In this document: positions 24,870-36,835 of the stretch, in pieces
Numbering within the stretch: position 1 is the stretch's first letter
How the letters are laid out: every line of letters begins with the position of its first letter
Source: Octopus sinensis
Lineage: Eukaryota
NCBI RefSeq assembly: GCF_006345805.1
Contig: NW_021834657.1
Location: 1 to 45,833, forward strand
DNA length: 45,833 nucleotides
Direction: 5' to 3'
Notes under the pieces: model-generated
Told to the model about the DNA's origin: nothing
Seen by the model: the letters and a program-made list of their open reading frames with translations, nothing else
Databases searched by the model: none
Position numbers and translations under genes: made by a program

Positions 24870-25662
24870 GGTTTTGAATTTTGGCACAAAGTCAGCCATT
24901 TTGAGGGAAGAAGTTTGCCGATTACACCGACCCTAGAATTTGAACTCGGAACGTAAATACCCGGATGAAATGCGGATAAAAAGTCGTCAGACGCGTTAAA
25001 CGATTCTGCCAGCTCGCCTTCTTCGATAATCTTTGCAATCCGTGAACAACCCGTGAAATTTTTGACGAGGGTGGTCAGTTAGTTACATCGATCTCATTTC
25101 ATTAAGACCGAAATACGTCACAAAGAAGTTGACCACGGTGGCACTTGTGCTCAGAACGTAAAGGGGCAGAAGAAATTACGCTAAGCATTTCATCCGGCAT
25201 GCGAACTGTTTTCTACACTAGGTACAAGGCTGGAAATTTGTGGGAAAGGGCGGGGGGGGGGGGGGGGCAGTTGATTAGATCAGTTGATTAGTACGCAACT
25301 GGTACTTAATTTATTGACCCCGAAAGGATGAAAGGCAAAGTCTACGACGGCGGAATTTGAACGGAATGTACAGACAGACGAAATACCTCTAAGCATTCCG
25401 CCCGGCGTACTAAAGTTTCTGCCAGCTCTTCTTAATAATAATAATAATCCTTTCTACTATAGGCAGAAGGCCTGAAATTTATGGGGAGGGGGCTAGTCGA
25501 TTAGATCATCCCCAGTGTTTCTCTGGTACTTGATTTATAAACTCCAAAATTAGGAAAGCTAAGTCAACATCAGCTGTATTTGAACTCAAAACCTACAGAT
25601 GGACAAAATACCGGTAAACATTTCATCCAGCATTCTACCTATTCTGCCAGCTTGCTGCCTTT
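24870..25662 (-). mobile_element. Head-to-tail array of four SINE family B copies
   Basis: Reverse-complement heads end at about 25020, 25205, 25430 and 25660; shared GAATTTGAACTC / AAGCATT / TTCTGCCAGC motifs. Confidence 0.8.

Positions 25663-25663
<1 letters not shown>

Positions 25664-25727
<64 letters not shown>
25664..25727. repeat. (AAT)n microsatellite
   Basis: Perfect array directly adjacent to a SINE B head. Confidence 0.95.
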
Positions 25728-25990
25728 GGTAGTTGAACTAAATAAGCAGAAACATCTAGTTTTTATAGTTGTAAGTTGTGACTTTCCGTTATACGCTTGA
25801 TGTGATACTTTAAGGTCCAGTAAACACAGGCTCCCTTCTTTTAACAACCACTAATCTCACATAGACATACACACATATGTTTATGTGTGCATATGCTTAG
25901 ATGTATGTGTACGTATATATATGTATATGTATGTATAAATGTATCAAGAGGTAATTTTGTGTATGTATATGTAAACAGGTGTATTTATGC

Positions 25991-26036
<46 letters not shown>

Positions 26037-26045
26037 GCGTGTATA

Positions 26046-26095
<50 letters not shown>

Positions 26096-26338
26096 GATAT
26101 ATAAACATATAGATATGTACAGACAGATACATTAAATACATCTAAAAATATACAATTCAGACTTCTTACAGAGACGCACACAAATATTGAAGGTAAAGAC
26201 TCGTCCGATAACAAATGCTGAAGATATTCAATTAAAAACCTCAGACATATTTTCACACGCTAACTATATACACACCAGTCGCATATATACACATATATAC
26301 AGGTATGTATTGCAGTACACTTTTATGTACACACACAC

Positions 26339-26411
<73 letters not shown>

Positions 26412-26679
26412 TATATATATACACGCTTATATTTAAATGTACATATATATATATGCATAAATATACACATACATATGTTTATAGCTTAGGTATTCACTGT
26501 ACACAATGCTCTTTGTAGTGCTCGAGAGATTTGATCTTGAAGCAGGTGGAGGAATAAATGTAAGGAAAAGCAAGTTAGGCAAAACGATATACAAAATATA
26601 TTAAATACATTTAATGCAAAAATTGTACGTGTTTACATATAAAAAGATTTGAGTTACACAAAATAGAAATGATATATGT

Positions 26680-26720
<41 letters not shown>

Positions 26721-26726
26721 CACACA

Positions 26727-27851
26727 CAGTGTGCGTTGAATAAAATATCGTCCAAATTAATCAAAAATGAAAATAAACATTGACATCTCATTTTAAAAGA
26801 TATATCTACCAAAATTATCTTGAAATACTAAAGAGTAAATTTATTCAATAAAACATGGTTTCAACCGCGGCCTCCAGACGACTTTGGAATCTTTTGCAGC
26901 TTTTCTGGATGACCTCCTTGATTAAGTTGGGGAATTCTGTCACAATCCTTACCTTCAGTTGATCTTTGGTGTTGCAAGGAGTTTTGTTGGTCCCTCGCCC
27001 AACTGAACCCCACACAATAATCAAAGGGGATGCTGTCTGGGGTGTTAGGTGGCCAGACGATAGGGTTGATGTTGTCGCAGAAATTATCTGACAGCCATGA
27101 CTGGGTTCTCTTGCTTGAGTGGCATGGTGCAAAGTCCTGTTGTTAGACACAGGGTCTTCCAGCAGCCACCTTCTTGACCCAGAGTAATACTACCTCCTCC
27201 AGGCACTTGATGTAGGTCTCCATGTTCAGTCTGAGGCCGTGAAGGAAGATGAATGGAGGCATAACATCGCCATCACTAGGAATCACCCCAAACACCATGA
27301 TGTTGATTGGATGTTTGATTTTTATCAGTATTGGTACATGTTTTGGGATACCGGCAGGCCAACGGTTGTTCTGTGTTCACTTTCCGATCCTGGGAGAAAT
27401 TTTTCTCGTCTGAGAAAAACCAAAGCATATTCGGTTGGAGGGGATTCTTGAGTTTGTTGAAAAGCTTCCTAGCGCGGTTGTTCCTCTTGTCTTTGAGGGC
27501 TTGGGATAAAAATTGGCCCTTTCTCATCTTGTATGAGGAATACCGAATGTCTTCATGCACTACCTGTACGATAAACAACGCAGAAACTCCCATGTCCCTG
27601 GCGATAGACCTGATTAACTTGGAAGGACCGTTGCCAATCATGGCTTGGATCTCACCAACAAATTCAGGAGTTCTTTTCTTATCCGAGCGATCAGAGTGAG
27701 TCTTCCGAGCTGCCATACCTTCGCAATCACAATTAGCCTCATCCAACTCTTTCCGAATCCTCTGCACTCTCCTCAGATTTAGGACAGTGTTATTATGTAT
27801 ATGTTTCTTTTTATAAACATAAATCTGTCCTCAAATATGTTACCCACTCTG
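26727..27851 (-). mobile_element. Tc1/mariner superfamily DD37D (maT-type) transposon, transposase pseudogene
   Basis: Reconstructed protein has WFFSDEKNF (D1 codon 27408-27410), QQDFAPCH (D2 27134-27136) and WPPNTPDSIPFDY (D3 27020-27022); 37 residues separate D2 and D3. Lesions: frameshift near 27375, TAA at 27143-27145, frameshift near 27015, N-terminus missing. Degenerate TIRs CAGTGTGCGTTGAATA versus CAGAGTGGGTAACATA (11/16). Confidence 0.9.
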
Positions 27852-27975
<124 letters not shown>

Positions 27976-28800
27976 GTATATATATATATATAATATAGTA
28001 TATATATATATATATAGTATATTATATATATGTATATATATATATATATTATATATATATATATATATATTTATATGTATATATATATAGACACGCTCAT
28101 ATATGTATATGTTTGAGTGTGTATACTTACATACGCACATATACGTGTATGTGTATAAACAAGTCCCCACACACACACAGATACAGTTTACCTTATTGCT
28201 GTTCCCTGTATTTTATTGTCCATTTGTTGTTTTGTTCCCTCTCCGTTTCTCGTCACAGAGATACTCAACCAGCCTCAGACAGTCACAGACAGTAAACCAC
28301 AGTCATGTAGGCATTGAGACGTGAATTTAGCCGGAATAAAATCTGGAATGCTAGGGAGATGGTGATGGTGGAAGTGTGAGATTGCCCCAACCGTAATAAA
28401 AACCTGAGGGTGTTTGTTGGGGGTCAGTGTAAAAACGGTGAGGAGTGCAACCATTTTCTCCCATTAAGAACTTAGGCTAATTATTGCAAGCTTTAGCCAG
28501 ACAGATTCAGCATAATTATCTTCTTCAATGTGTGTGTATATGTATGTATATGTGTGACGCATCCATTTCCAAGTGCGTGTGTGTGTATATATATAGAGAG
28601 AGAAAGAGAGAATATACGTATGAATATACTTATATTCATTTGTGTATATATTCATATAGATATGTATATGTGTGTGTGTGTGTGTCTTTATTCATACAGA
28701 TCTACATATATAAATGTACAAATATATATATTATTCATATACGTGTGTATATGTAAATATATATGCATGTAGATTTTATGTACATATACATTTATATACT

Positions 28801-28831
<31 letters not shown>

Positions 28832-29048
28832 GTGTGTTTGTGTGTGTGTATGTGTGTGCATATTCGGCCACCTGAACCCGACAACTCTCCATACTGAGCC
28901 CAGGAAACTTTAAGCTGCATAGAGCCGAATCTTTTTTGTAAATGATAATGTTTATGCATATATGCGTGTGTGCATGCGCGTGTGCGAGCGAGCAAATTTA
29001 CATAGGTACATATGTATTTCCTTTCGCTCTCTCTTTCACACACACACA

Positions 29049-29088
<40 letters not shown>

Positions 29089-29296
29089 TTGAATATACAC
29101 TAAATATTTCAAATAAAACTAATAATATATCATAACGTATCAATTTTGAATTATTTTATTTTAAAATTCTGTGAACATTGTCACGTGTACTAGGGTGGGG
29201 AAACATCTCTGGAAGAAACTGAAACAAGTATGGAACCTTTGGATGAATGGCAGCAAATCACGCACACACACATATAACGATATATATAATATATAT

Positions 29297-29338
<42 letters not shown>

Positions 29339-29809
29339 CACATAGAGAGAGAATGAGGGAGTGAGAGAAAAACGCTTATACGTATATTTTATGTCTATGT
29401 AGTTCTTTGTCTCTTTGAACATACACACACACACACATACACATGCTTATATGCATACGTGTGTGTGTGTGTGTGTGTGCACGCGCTCGTATGTGTGTGT
29501 GTGTGTGGGAGAGAGAGAGAGAATATGTTTCAATAAAACTTATTCTAGTCAGGGAAGTCCCGTGTGGAATTTCACACTCCAAAGACAGTCTTGGGAAACA
29601 CGGTTCCATAAACCATAATATAATACTGACATATTTACTGCGTTACACACACACACAAACACACACGCATACACACACACACAAAACTACTCTGACACAC
29701 ACGCATACATTTTAAAGAGGTACAAAGCTCAGAAAGTTATCCACACACACACATACACACACACACACATAATGCCACATGCTCTCTCGCATACAGATAC
29801 ACACACTGG

Positions 29810-30195
29810 AAATCATCATCGTCATCATCATCATCCTCATCATCATCAATGCCATCATCATCATCCTCATAGCTAGAAGCACCAGAACCACCATTTCTAC
29901 CATCTTCATCATCATCATCATCGCCGCAACCACCACCACCATCATCATTGCCATCATCATCATCGCGGTAGCTGCACATGCTCTAGTACCATTATCATCA
30001 TCATCGTCATCATTATTACTGTCGTCGACATTTCAATCATCATCATTATCATCTTCATAGTCTTCAACATAATTGTCATCACCATCGCCACCACCATCAC
30101 CAGTGTCATCACCCTCGCCGTTCTTCTCCTGCTCATCATCATCAAGAACAACAATGACGAACTTCTACAATAACAACAACACCAACAACATCTGA
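29810..30195. repeat. (ATC)/(ACC)/(AAC) trinucleotide low-complexity tract
   Basis: Direct inspection; poly-M/D/I ORFs are artefacts. Confidence 0.9.
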
Positions 30196-30319
30196 GCCTG
30201 TATACAGAACCATAGAAACAATACATTTAATGAATGTAGTCCAACATACACTGTGGCAAAAAAAAAGGAGAATAAAAAATCAAAAACAAAACACGTAAGA
30301 AAAAATATTTTTAAAAAAA

Positions 30320-30430
30320 ACCATCAAACAACTGGATGGTTACACTTGGAATGTCTTTGATCATAGGTCAGCAGAACAATAGCTGACCTAGGGCTAAAAA
30401 CGAATCACAACAATAACAACAACAACAACG
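30320..30430 (+). repeat. Dispersed repeat family D 3' end with (AAC)n tail
   Basis: GGAATGTCTTTGATCATAGGTCAGC...GCTGACCTAGGGCTAAAAAC...AACAACAAC. Confidence 0.5.
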
Positions 30431-30948
30431 ATTTTGTTCTTGTGTTTTATTTTACGATGCTTTTTGTCGTAAGTGTTGTTGTTGTTGTCATCACTGATTG
30501 GGCGTTGGTATTATTTATTTATTTATTTATTTGGCGTTTGTTATCAAAGACTATTCAGGCTTCTATTATACTAATTCTCTGTTTTGTTGTTGGTGGCGGC
30601 GGCGGTGGTGGTGGTGGTGGTGGTGGTGGTGGGGGTGTTGTCTGTCCTTCGTTAATAAAGCTTTTCTTGATTTTGTTAGCCTTGCTGTCTTTGTGATGAT
30701 GGTGCTGTTGGTAATAGTAGTGATGGTGGTGCTGGTGGTTGTAATGGTGTGGCGCGGATCTGCTGACTTCTATTCTTGCCGTCCTTCCTCAATTGTAGTC
30801 ATGTTAACTAAAACCTTTCAGCTATACCACGGAAATATTCGCCTTGCTGTTTCTTTTTTTTTTGGGGGTTTTTTTCTCTCTTGGTTCTCCTTACATTTAT
30901 TTGGCCAGCTATCTGTCTGTCTCTCTGTCTGTCTGTTTAGCTATCTGA

Positions 30949-31001
<53 letters not shown>

Positions 31002-31068
31002 AGTCTATCTATCACTGTTTCTTTTACTCTCTCTCTCTCTCTCACACATACACACAGTATGTACACAC

Positions 31069-31121
<53 letters not shown>

Positions 31122-31348
31122 ATGTATCTCTCTAATCAGCTACAGTATCTTAGCTTTTGTTATTTCTCTCCGAGTTATTTACTTTGATTAGTAATAAAAC
31201 AGAATTGCTTTCACACACACACATACACACACATCGTGAAAGTGTGTGTGTGTGTGTGTGTCTATATATATATATAGATAGATAGATATATATTTATATT
31301 TTCTGCATTTCCTCTCTTACCATTTAAGTGTATCTACACCTATCACTT

Positions 31349-31421
<73 letters not shown>

Positions 31422-31540
31422 CGCATACACATTCATTTAAACATACATATAGTCATACAATGAGAAATACGTTCCCTCCATACACGCATATAATCACACA
31501 TCCAAATAAACCCCTCTCCCTGCCTAATCGCGCGGCCACA

Positions 31541-31589
<49 letters not shown>

Positions 31590-33130
31590 ATCTGCACATG
31601 ATGTAGAAAGAGAAAAAGCAAGGGGAACAATCAGTATAACGACATTAACCACAGCTGGAAAGATTTGCAAGACCAAGCTGAGATCGAATGCCACGCTTCA
31701 CTGCATTAATTGAACTGACCACCGTGGTCACTAACTGGTCAGAGGAGAACGTTTAAGTTGGCATGAAATGAAGGGAGCTGGTGTGTGTACGTGTACGTGT
31801 GTATGAGGGCTGGGCAGTTTATTTATATAAAGATATATATATTCCGTTATGTACCATCGCTAATTCCCTCCCTATACATCATGTATGTATATTTGAGTGT
31901 GTTTGCCGATTGCGGTAGTTTATATAATGATGTGTATACACGTATTCCATTTTCTGGTGTCTTTCTATCTATTATCTATCTATCAATAGTTCTAACTAGA
32001 TAGAATCAATGATTCTATCTAGTCAATGATTCTATCTAGTTATCTATCTGTCTTTCTTTTTATCTGCGTATCTAGCATTCTATTTAGGTATCCGTCTGTT
32101 TTTCTATCCATCCATCCATTTATTTCTATCTAACAGTTTATCTCACTTTATGTCTATCTATCTATGTGTGCGCACGTGTGTGTGTGTGTGTGTGAGTGAG
32201 TGAGTGAGTGTATGAGTATATCTTTATAGAAATAAGGCGTACATATGTGCATTTCATTGCGTAGATTTTATATGTTCGTGTCATGTGTGCGTGTTTATAT
32301 ATGTGCATAGCCGTAACCTGGAACATAACTGAGAGCCAGCACGGTATCCGCCCGAATTATATATCCCTCCAAATTCACATTTATATGTGTGTGTGTGTGT
32401 GTGTGTACATACAAAATATGTAGAAATAATGTATAATGAGAGAAAGTGGCGTGCGTTCATGCGTATGTGTACTATACACAGACACACACACACACATATA
32501 CACACATATATATGCGCACGTATGTGCAGACATTATAAAAAAAAATACCTGTTACCTGATCAGAGACTGGGATGTTGGTTTTGATACTGGAATGCTAATG
32601 CCAGAATTTAGGAAGAGCAGTTACCAGGAGCTCAGCCTAACTTGGAGAAGAACATAGATACACACACACACACACACACACATCGGAATATCAAACTATG
32701 AAATACCATGAAATAAATTCTAAATTTCTGAAGATTATTTCTGTATGTAGAGGGAATGTTTCATAATTCCCAGTTGAAGCTGGTTTTAATTGCCATCTGG
32801 TAATTATGACGTATCCAATATTAGCGAAGATAACTTCAATAGACGAAGAACTTATGCTGTATGGTATCTGACACGCCTGTATTTCTTTATGGCGTTCAAA
32901 TGCACGCCATTGACCATTGTCAGTTATTTTCTCGTAGCCCATGTTTGTTCATATAGAGAGTGAAAGTGAGAGGGAAAGCGATACAGATAGGCGTGTGTGT
33001 GTGTGTGCGAGAGGGAGAGAGAGGGGGGTTACGTCAGTTCCAATATTAGAACCTCCAGGTGCGGTCAGTTCCGAGGCTTGACCGAAGATCTTTGTCATAA
33101 GGTCGCGGCTGGAGATGACAGGAATATAGA

Positions 33131-33205
33131 CAAGTGTCGGTGGATAGAATGAAGCTAAAAATCAACAGAATGTTCCTTAGGTGAGTGGAACTGGCCAGAG
33201 AAAGG
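33131..33205 (+). mobile_element. Possible ancient Tx1-like ORF2 C-terminal relic
   Basis: QVSVDRMKLKINRMFLR*VELAR aligns ungapped with KVRVERQVLSSECFKKRWVNVAR reconstructed from the 43220 element. Confidence 0.35.
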
Positions 33206-33525
33206 CCAAGAATGTCGGTGGGAGGATGGGTCAAAGAACAACAGAGAAGAACAGGTCACGAGAGGACTGTGGGGGTGGGTGGAAGAAGATTCTGGAAGAG
33301 GAAAGTCTCGAGAAATGACCACCACCACCACCCGCTCCTTTGAGGGCAAGAACAGAGCAGAAATTAGAATGTTTGCCAATACTTGGGGATGTGTAAGGGT
33401 TTAGTGTTTAGGGAGTCAGGCTAAGGGCCGGAGGGAAGGCTGCGAAATTGCAGATGGGAAGGTTAAATAGGAGGGAGGTCGTCCAACGTATGAAGAAAGA
33501 AAAAGAAACCAAGAGCTGCTGCAGC

Positions 33526-33565
<40 letters not shown>

Positions 33566-33870
33566 AGGTGATGGTGGTAGCTGTAGTTGTAGTGTGGTGA
33601 TGGTGGTGATAACGGTGGTAGCAGTAGTAGTAGTAGTAGTAGAAAGGTGATTTTAGTGGTGGTAGTAGTAGTAGTAGAAAGGTGGTGGTGGTGATAGTAG
33701 TAGTAGCAGTAAAGCTTTGGGAATACTGTATTAGGAAAAGTAGAGTTGCATTAAAGCGTTGTGATGTTGATTAGAATGATGACGGTGATGATGATTGAGG
33801 ATCTTAGGACGTAAATAACCGTAACGAATACCTTGACGTATATTTTGTTCGACGCACTTCCAAATCTGTT

Positions 33871-34085
33871 AATTCACCGCCATAAAGGCACAAGGCCAGT
33901 AATTTTGTGGCAAGAGAATGGTCGGTTACATCGACCTCCAGTGCATAACTGGTACTTATTTCCTCGACTCCGAAAGGATGAGAAGCAGAGTCGACCTTGG
34001 CACAATTTGAACGCGAAACGTAAAGACGGTCAAAATGCCATGGAGCATTTTATCCGGCATGGTACCGATCTTGCCAGTTCAGCAC
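33871..34085 (-). mobile_element. SINE family B
   Basis: GGCACAAGGCC...CTGGTACTTATT...CGAAAGGATGA...GTCGACCTTGGC...TTGCCAG. Confidence 0.8.
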
Positions 34086-34214
34086 ATGAAATCAATAATA
34101 ACAATGATGATGATGATGATGATGGCCAGTAATGCTATTATTTTATTTGTCAGAAAGTATGAGGACCCCCTAATCACCACTGCAAGAAAAAACAACAAAT
34201 TATTGACATGTATA

Positions 34215-34583
34215 CATTAGAAGTCGCTTATTATAATCACTTTTGCTGTTACCAAACGGTTATTATACTCAAAATTATCCTCCCAAACACCTCCATTATA
34301 CTATTATACTATCTTTGATTAATGTCATCACCTGACTAATTTTATCTAAAAAGATGTGTTCCATAGTGATCGCAATAAGCGGCTTCCATTGTCTTACTAT
34401 GTCCCTATATCTGCTTAATATTATCGGGTCACTATTATTAACTAAAAGGCTGTGTCCCAAAGTGATCAGAATAGGCGGCTGCCATTGTCTTACTATTTCG
34501 CCATATCTGCTTAATATTATCAGGTAACCAATGTTAACTAAAAAGCTGTATCCCAAAGCGATCACAATAAGCGGCTTCCATTG
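34215..34583. mobile_element. Tc1/mariner-type (pogo/Tigger-like) MITE with internal 96-bp tandem repeat
   Basis: TIRs CATTAGAAGTCGCTTATTATAATCAC versus reverse-complement CAATGGAAGCCGCTTATTGTGATCGC (20/26); TA on the left, TG on the right; 96-bp period starting at 34346, 34442 and 34538. Confidence 0.65.
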
Positions 34584-35133
34584 TGTTGTTAAAACCACCA
34601 TCACCGCCGACCATCGCAACGATACATGTAATGAAGAGAGAAAGTGTGGGGTGGGGAATGTGGGGAGGGGGATGATGCTTAAATTAAGTTCCCTATGTTT
34701 CCCTTTTGTCCCTTTCCCTCTCCTGTTACCCTAATAAAATAAACACACGCTTGGCTTGAACCCCTAAAAGTGGTCTGATTGGTGTTTGATTCGGGTTTCA
34801 CTCCTTCAAGCCCCCTCCTCCTCAGCCCAGCAGCAATGAGAACAACTTCGCTGCTTGTGAACAGGCAACCAAGCATCTACATGGTCGATTGGTGTGCTGG
34901 AAATAGTAACCAAATCGCACACGCTTTACGAAAATGACATGACCGGTTAACTTGACGTTGAGTTCCCTGCACATAAATCGATTGGATGGCCACTGTTCGA
35001 ATGCCTTACATCATAGTTCTCGACCAAAAGCTAAACAAAGGAAAAAAAGACACCATTAAAACAGACACCACGTGGCCGCTTCATTTGCAAGTAGTAACAG
35101 CCAAATCTCTCACAAATCATATATATACATATA

Positions 35134-35252
<119 letters not shown>

Positions 35253-35264
35253 TCACACACACAC

Positions 35265-35422
35265 ACTTTATTGAAAAGCAGCAAAAATATCGCATTAACT
35301 GTTACTCAGAATTTCACGTTCCCATTCATCGGAGAGTTTTTAGATTCTGAAGTGTCCGAGAACAGGAACGTGAAACTCCGAGTAACAGTTTTTGTGATAT
35401 TTTTGCTGCTTTTTAATAAAGT
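35265..35422. mobile_element. 158-bp palindromic element (foldback MITE-like)
   Basis: Position i pairs with 70687-i over 35265-35327; the stem continues to 35333/35355 after one bulge, leaving a loop of about 21 nt. Confidence 0.8.
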
Positions 35423-35527
35423 ATATTACTCTACCTCTGGTAGGCGAGTACTACTTTTTCCACCTTGTTTTGCATTTAAGTGCTTACTCTGGTGTATATT
35501 TATAAAACTCGACTCCGTCTGTCATGA

Positions 35528-35797
35528 ATGACCGTGGGTGGACCTAAGCGGTTCCTCTCTGGGGTACAAGTCTTGGCGGAAAGTCGCCTCACCGACGAAC
35601 GCAAAACCTTGGGTTGTTTTTACGGAAGACCAAGAATCACCCATGCATACCAGCTTCCCCTCTCTACACCACCGATGTTATCCAAGAGGAAGGCAAAGGG
35701 GCTGATGCAGCCTGGTGCAAGTGACTTCACAACTCGTTTCTGCAGCTGAGTGAACTGGAGCAACGTGAAATAAAGTGTCTTGCTCAAGAACACAACA

Positions 35798-35798
<1 letters not shown>
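35528..35798 (-). mobile_element. SINE family C variant: same CORE-like block, different 3' body, head missing
   Basis: Reverse complement starts GTGTTGTGTTCTTGAGCAAGACACTTTATTTCACGTTGCTCCAGTTCACTCAGCTG, then diverges from the 19167 copy. Confidence 0.7.
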
Positions 35799-35843
<45 letters not shown>

Positions 35844-35848
35844 GTGTG

Positions 35849-35879
<31 letters not shown>

Positions 35880-35894
35880 TGTGTGTGTGTAACT

Positions 35895-36045
35895 AGCTTC
35901 TTTTCAGCTCTCGTCTACCAAATCCACTCACAAGGCTTTAGTCGGCTCGAGGCTATAGTAGAAGACACTTGCCTAAGGCGCCCTGCTGTGCTTCTGAACT
36001 TGTAACTATATGATTTGCAAGCGAGTTTCTTATCACAAACCACGC
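35895..36045 (-). mobile_element. SINE family A, 5' half
   Basis: CGTCTACCAAATCCACTCACAAGGCTTTAGTCGGCTCGAGGCTATAGTAGAAGACACTTGCC. Confidence 0.8.
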
Positions 36046-36222
36046 ATGAAATTTCATTGAACCTTGCTACAGCGATAATTCGTGATTTTTTTCTCTGATA
36101 ACAATGGCTGGCTTCTATTTTAATCCTTAAAAGAGATGAGTTTTTTTAATGTGCTTAAAATATAATCATTGTAATTAGTTTAAATATTTTAATTTATGTG
36201 AAAATCTACACTCCCTTTAAAT

Positions 36223-36468
36223 CAATGTTACTCAACTATTCTCACCTGTAAACCCCTTCAATTCCTATTTTACTTGGGTGTACTCCCATAGCTACTCCAT
36301 GTTTTTAAAAAATCTTATCATATTTCTATAATTAAATGTTATTAAAAATTATGTAAAAATTATTATATTTCGTTTATTGTAGAAGTATAATTTATTGTAC
36401 AAAATCTTAACAACAAAATCTTATTTTGGACCCACGAGGGCCATATCGACCGCGTTTGAGAATCACTG
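36223..36468. mobile_element. hAT-type MITE (246 bp) with 8-bp TSD
   Basis: TIRs CAATGTTACTCAA versus reverse-complement CAGTGATTCTCAA (10/13; Charlie-like CAGTGGTTCTCAA); flanks CTTTAAAT (36215-36222) and CTTTAAAC (36469-36476) match at 7/8. Confidence 0.7.
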
Positions 36469-36619
36469 CTTTAAACACTCAGCACTCCCCAGAGTACGTC
36501 TGTAACAGCGACTCCATCTTGTCAGCTCATAACGGCCTCAAGATGTTGCTGAGGCCCATGTTCAGTACTTCATGTTCAGTACTTCAGTTCTCCCCTCAAT
36601 TTTGGACATTATGGTGTGG

Positions 36620-36835
36620 TATTTGAGAGAGATTTAGCTGTTATTGCTTGCAGATCGTACGAGTAGAGTCTTTATAAGGTCGATCGATCGGCTAGTAGAA
36701 GTAGCTAAACCAGTTTCCTATCACATCACATCCTCCTAAAAAAGGCCCAACGAGATAATAGGTTGTTGATGGAAAAGACGTGATGGTCATGGCTGGAAGT
36801 CTATTGACCTAGCTTTGACCTAGCGTTAAACAACC
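36620..36835 (+). repeat. Dispersed repeat family D
   Basis: GATGGTCATGGCTGGAAG...TTGACCTAGCGTTAAACAAC end; a further 3' end lies at about 37345-37475. Confidence 0.45.

Noticed and set aside
28862-28930. 7-bp inverted repeat ATTCGGC/GCCGAAT
   Set aside because: Too short, no TSD, no second copy.
30498-31187. 229-aa hydrophobic ORF resembling a membrane protein
   Set aside because: A concatenation of (GGT)n, (TATC)n and (CT)n repeats.
34346-34583. CRISPR-like array
   Set aside because: Contiguous tandem units with no unique spacers, no cas genes, eukaryotic context.
34296-34619. 107-aa ORF with a 32-aa repeat
   Set aside because: The periodicity comes from the 96-bp MITE unit; another frame on the same strand is full of stops and the region is bounded by TIRs.
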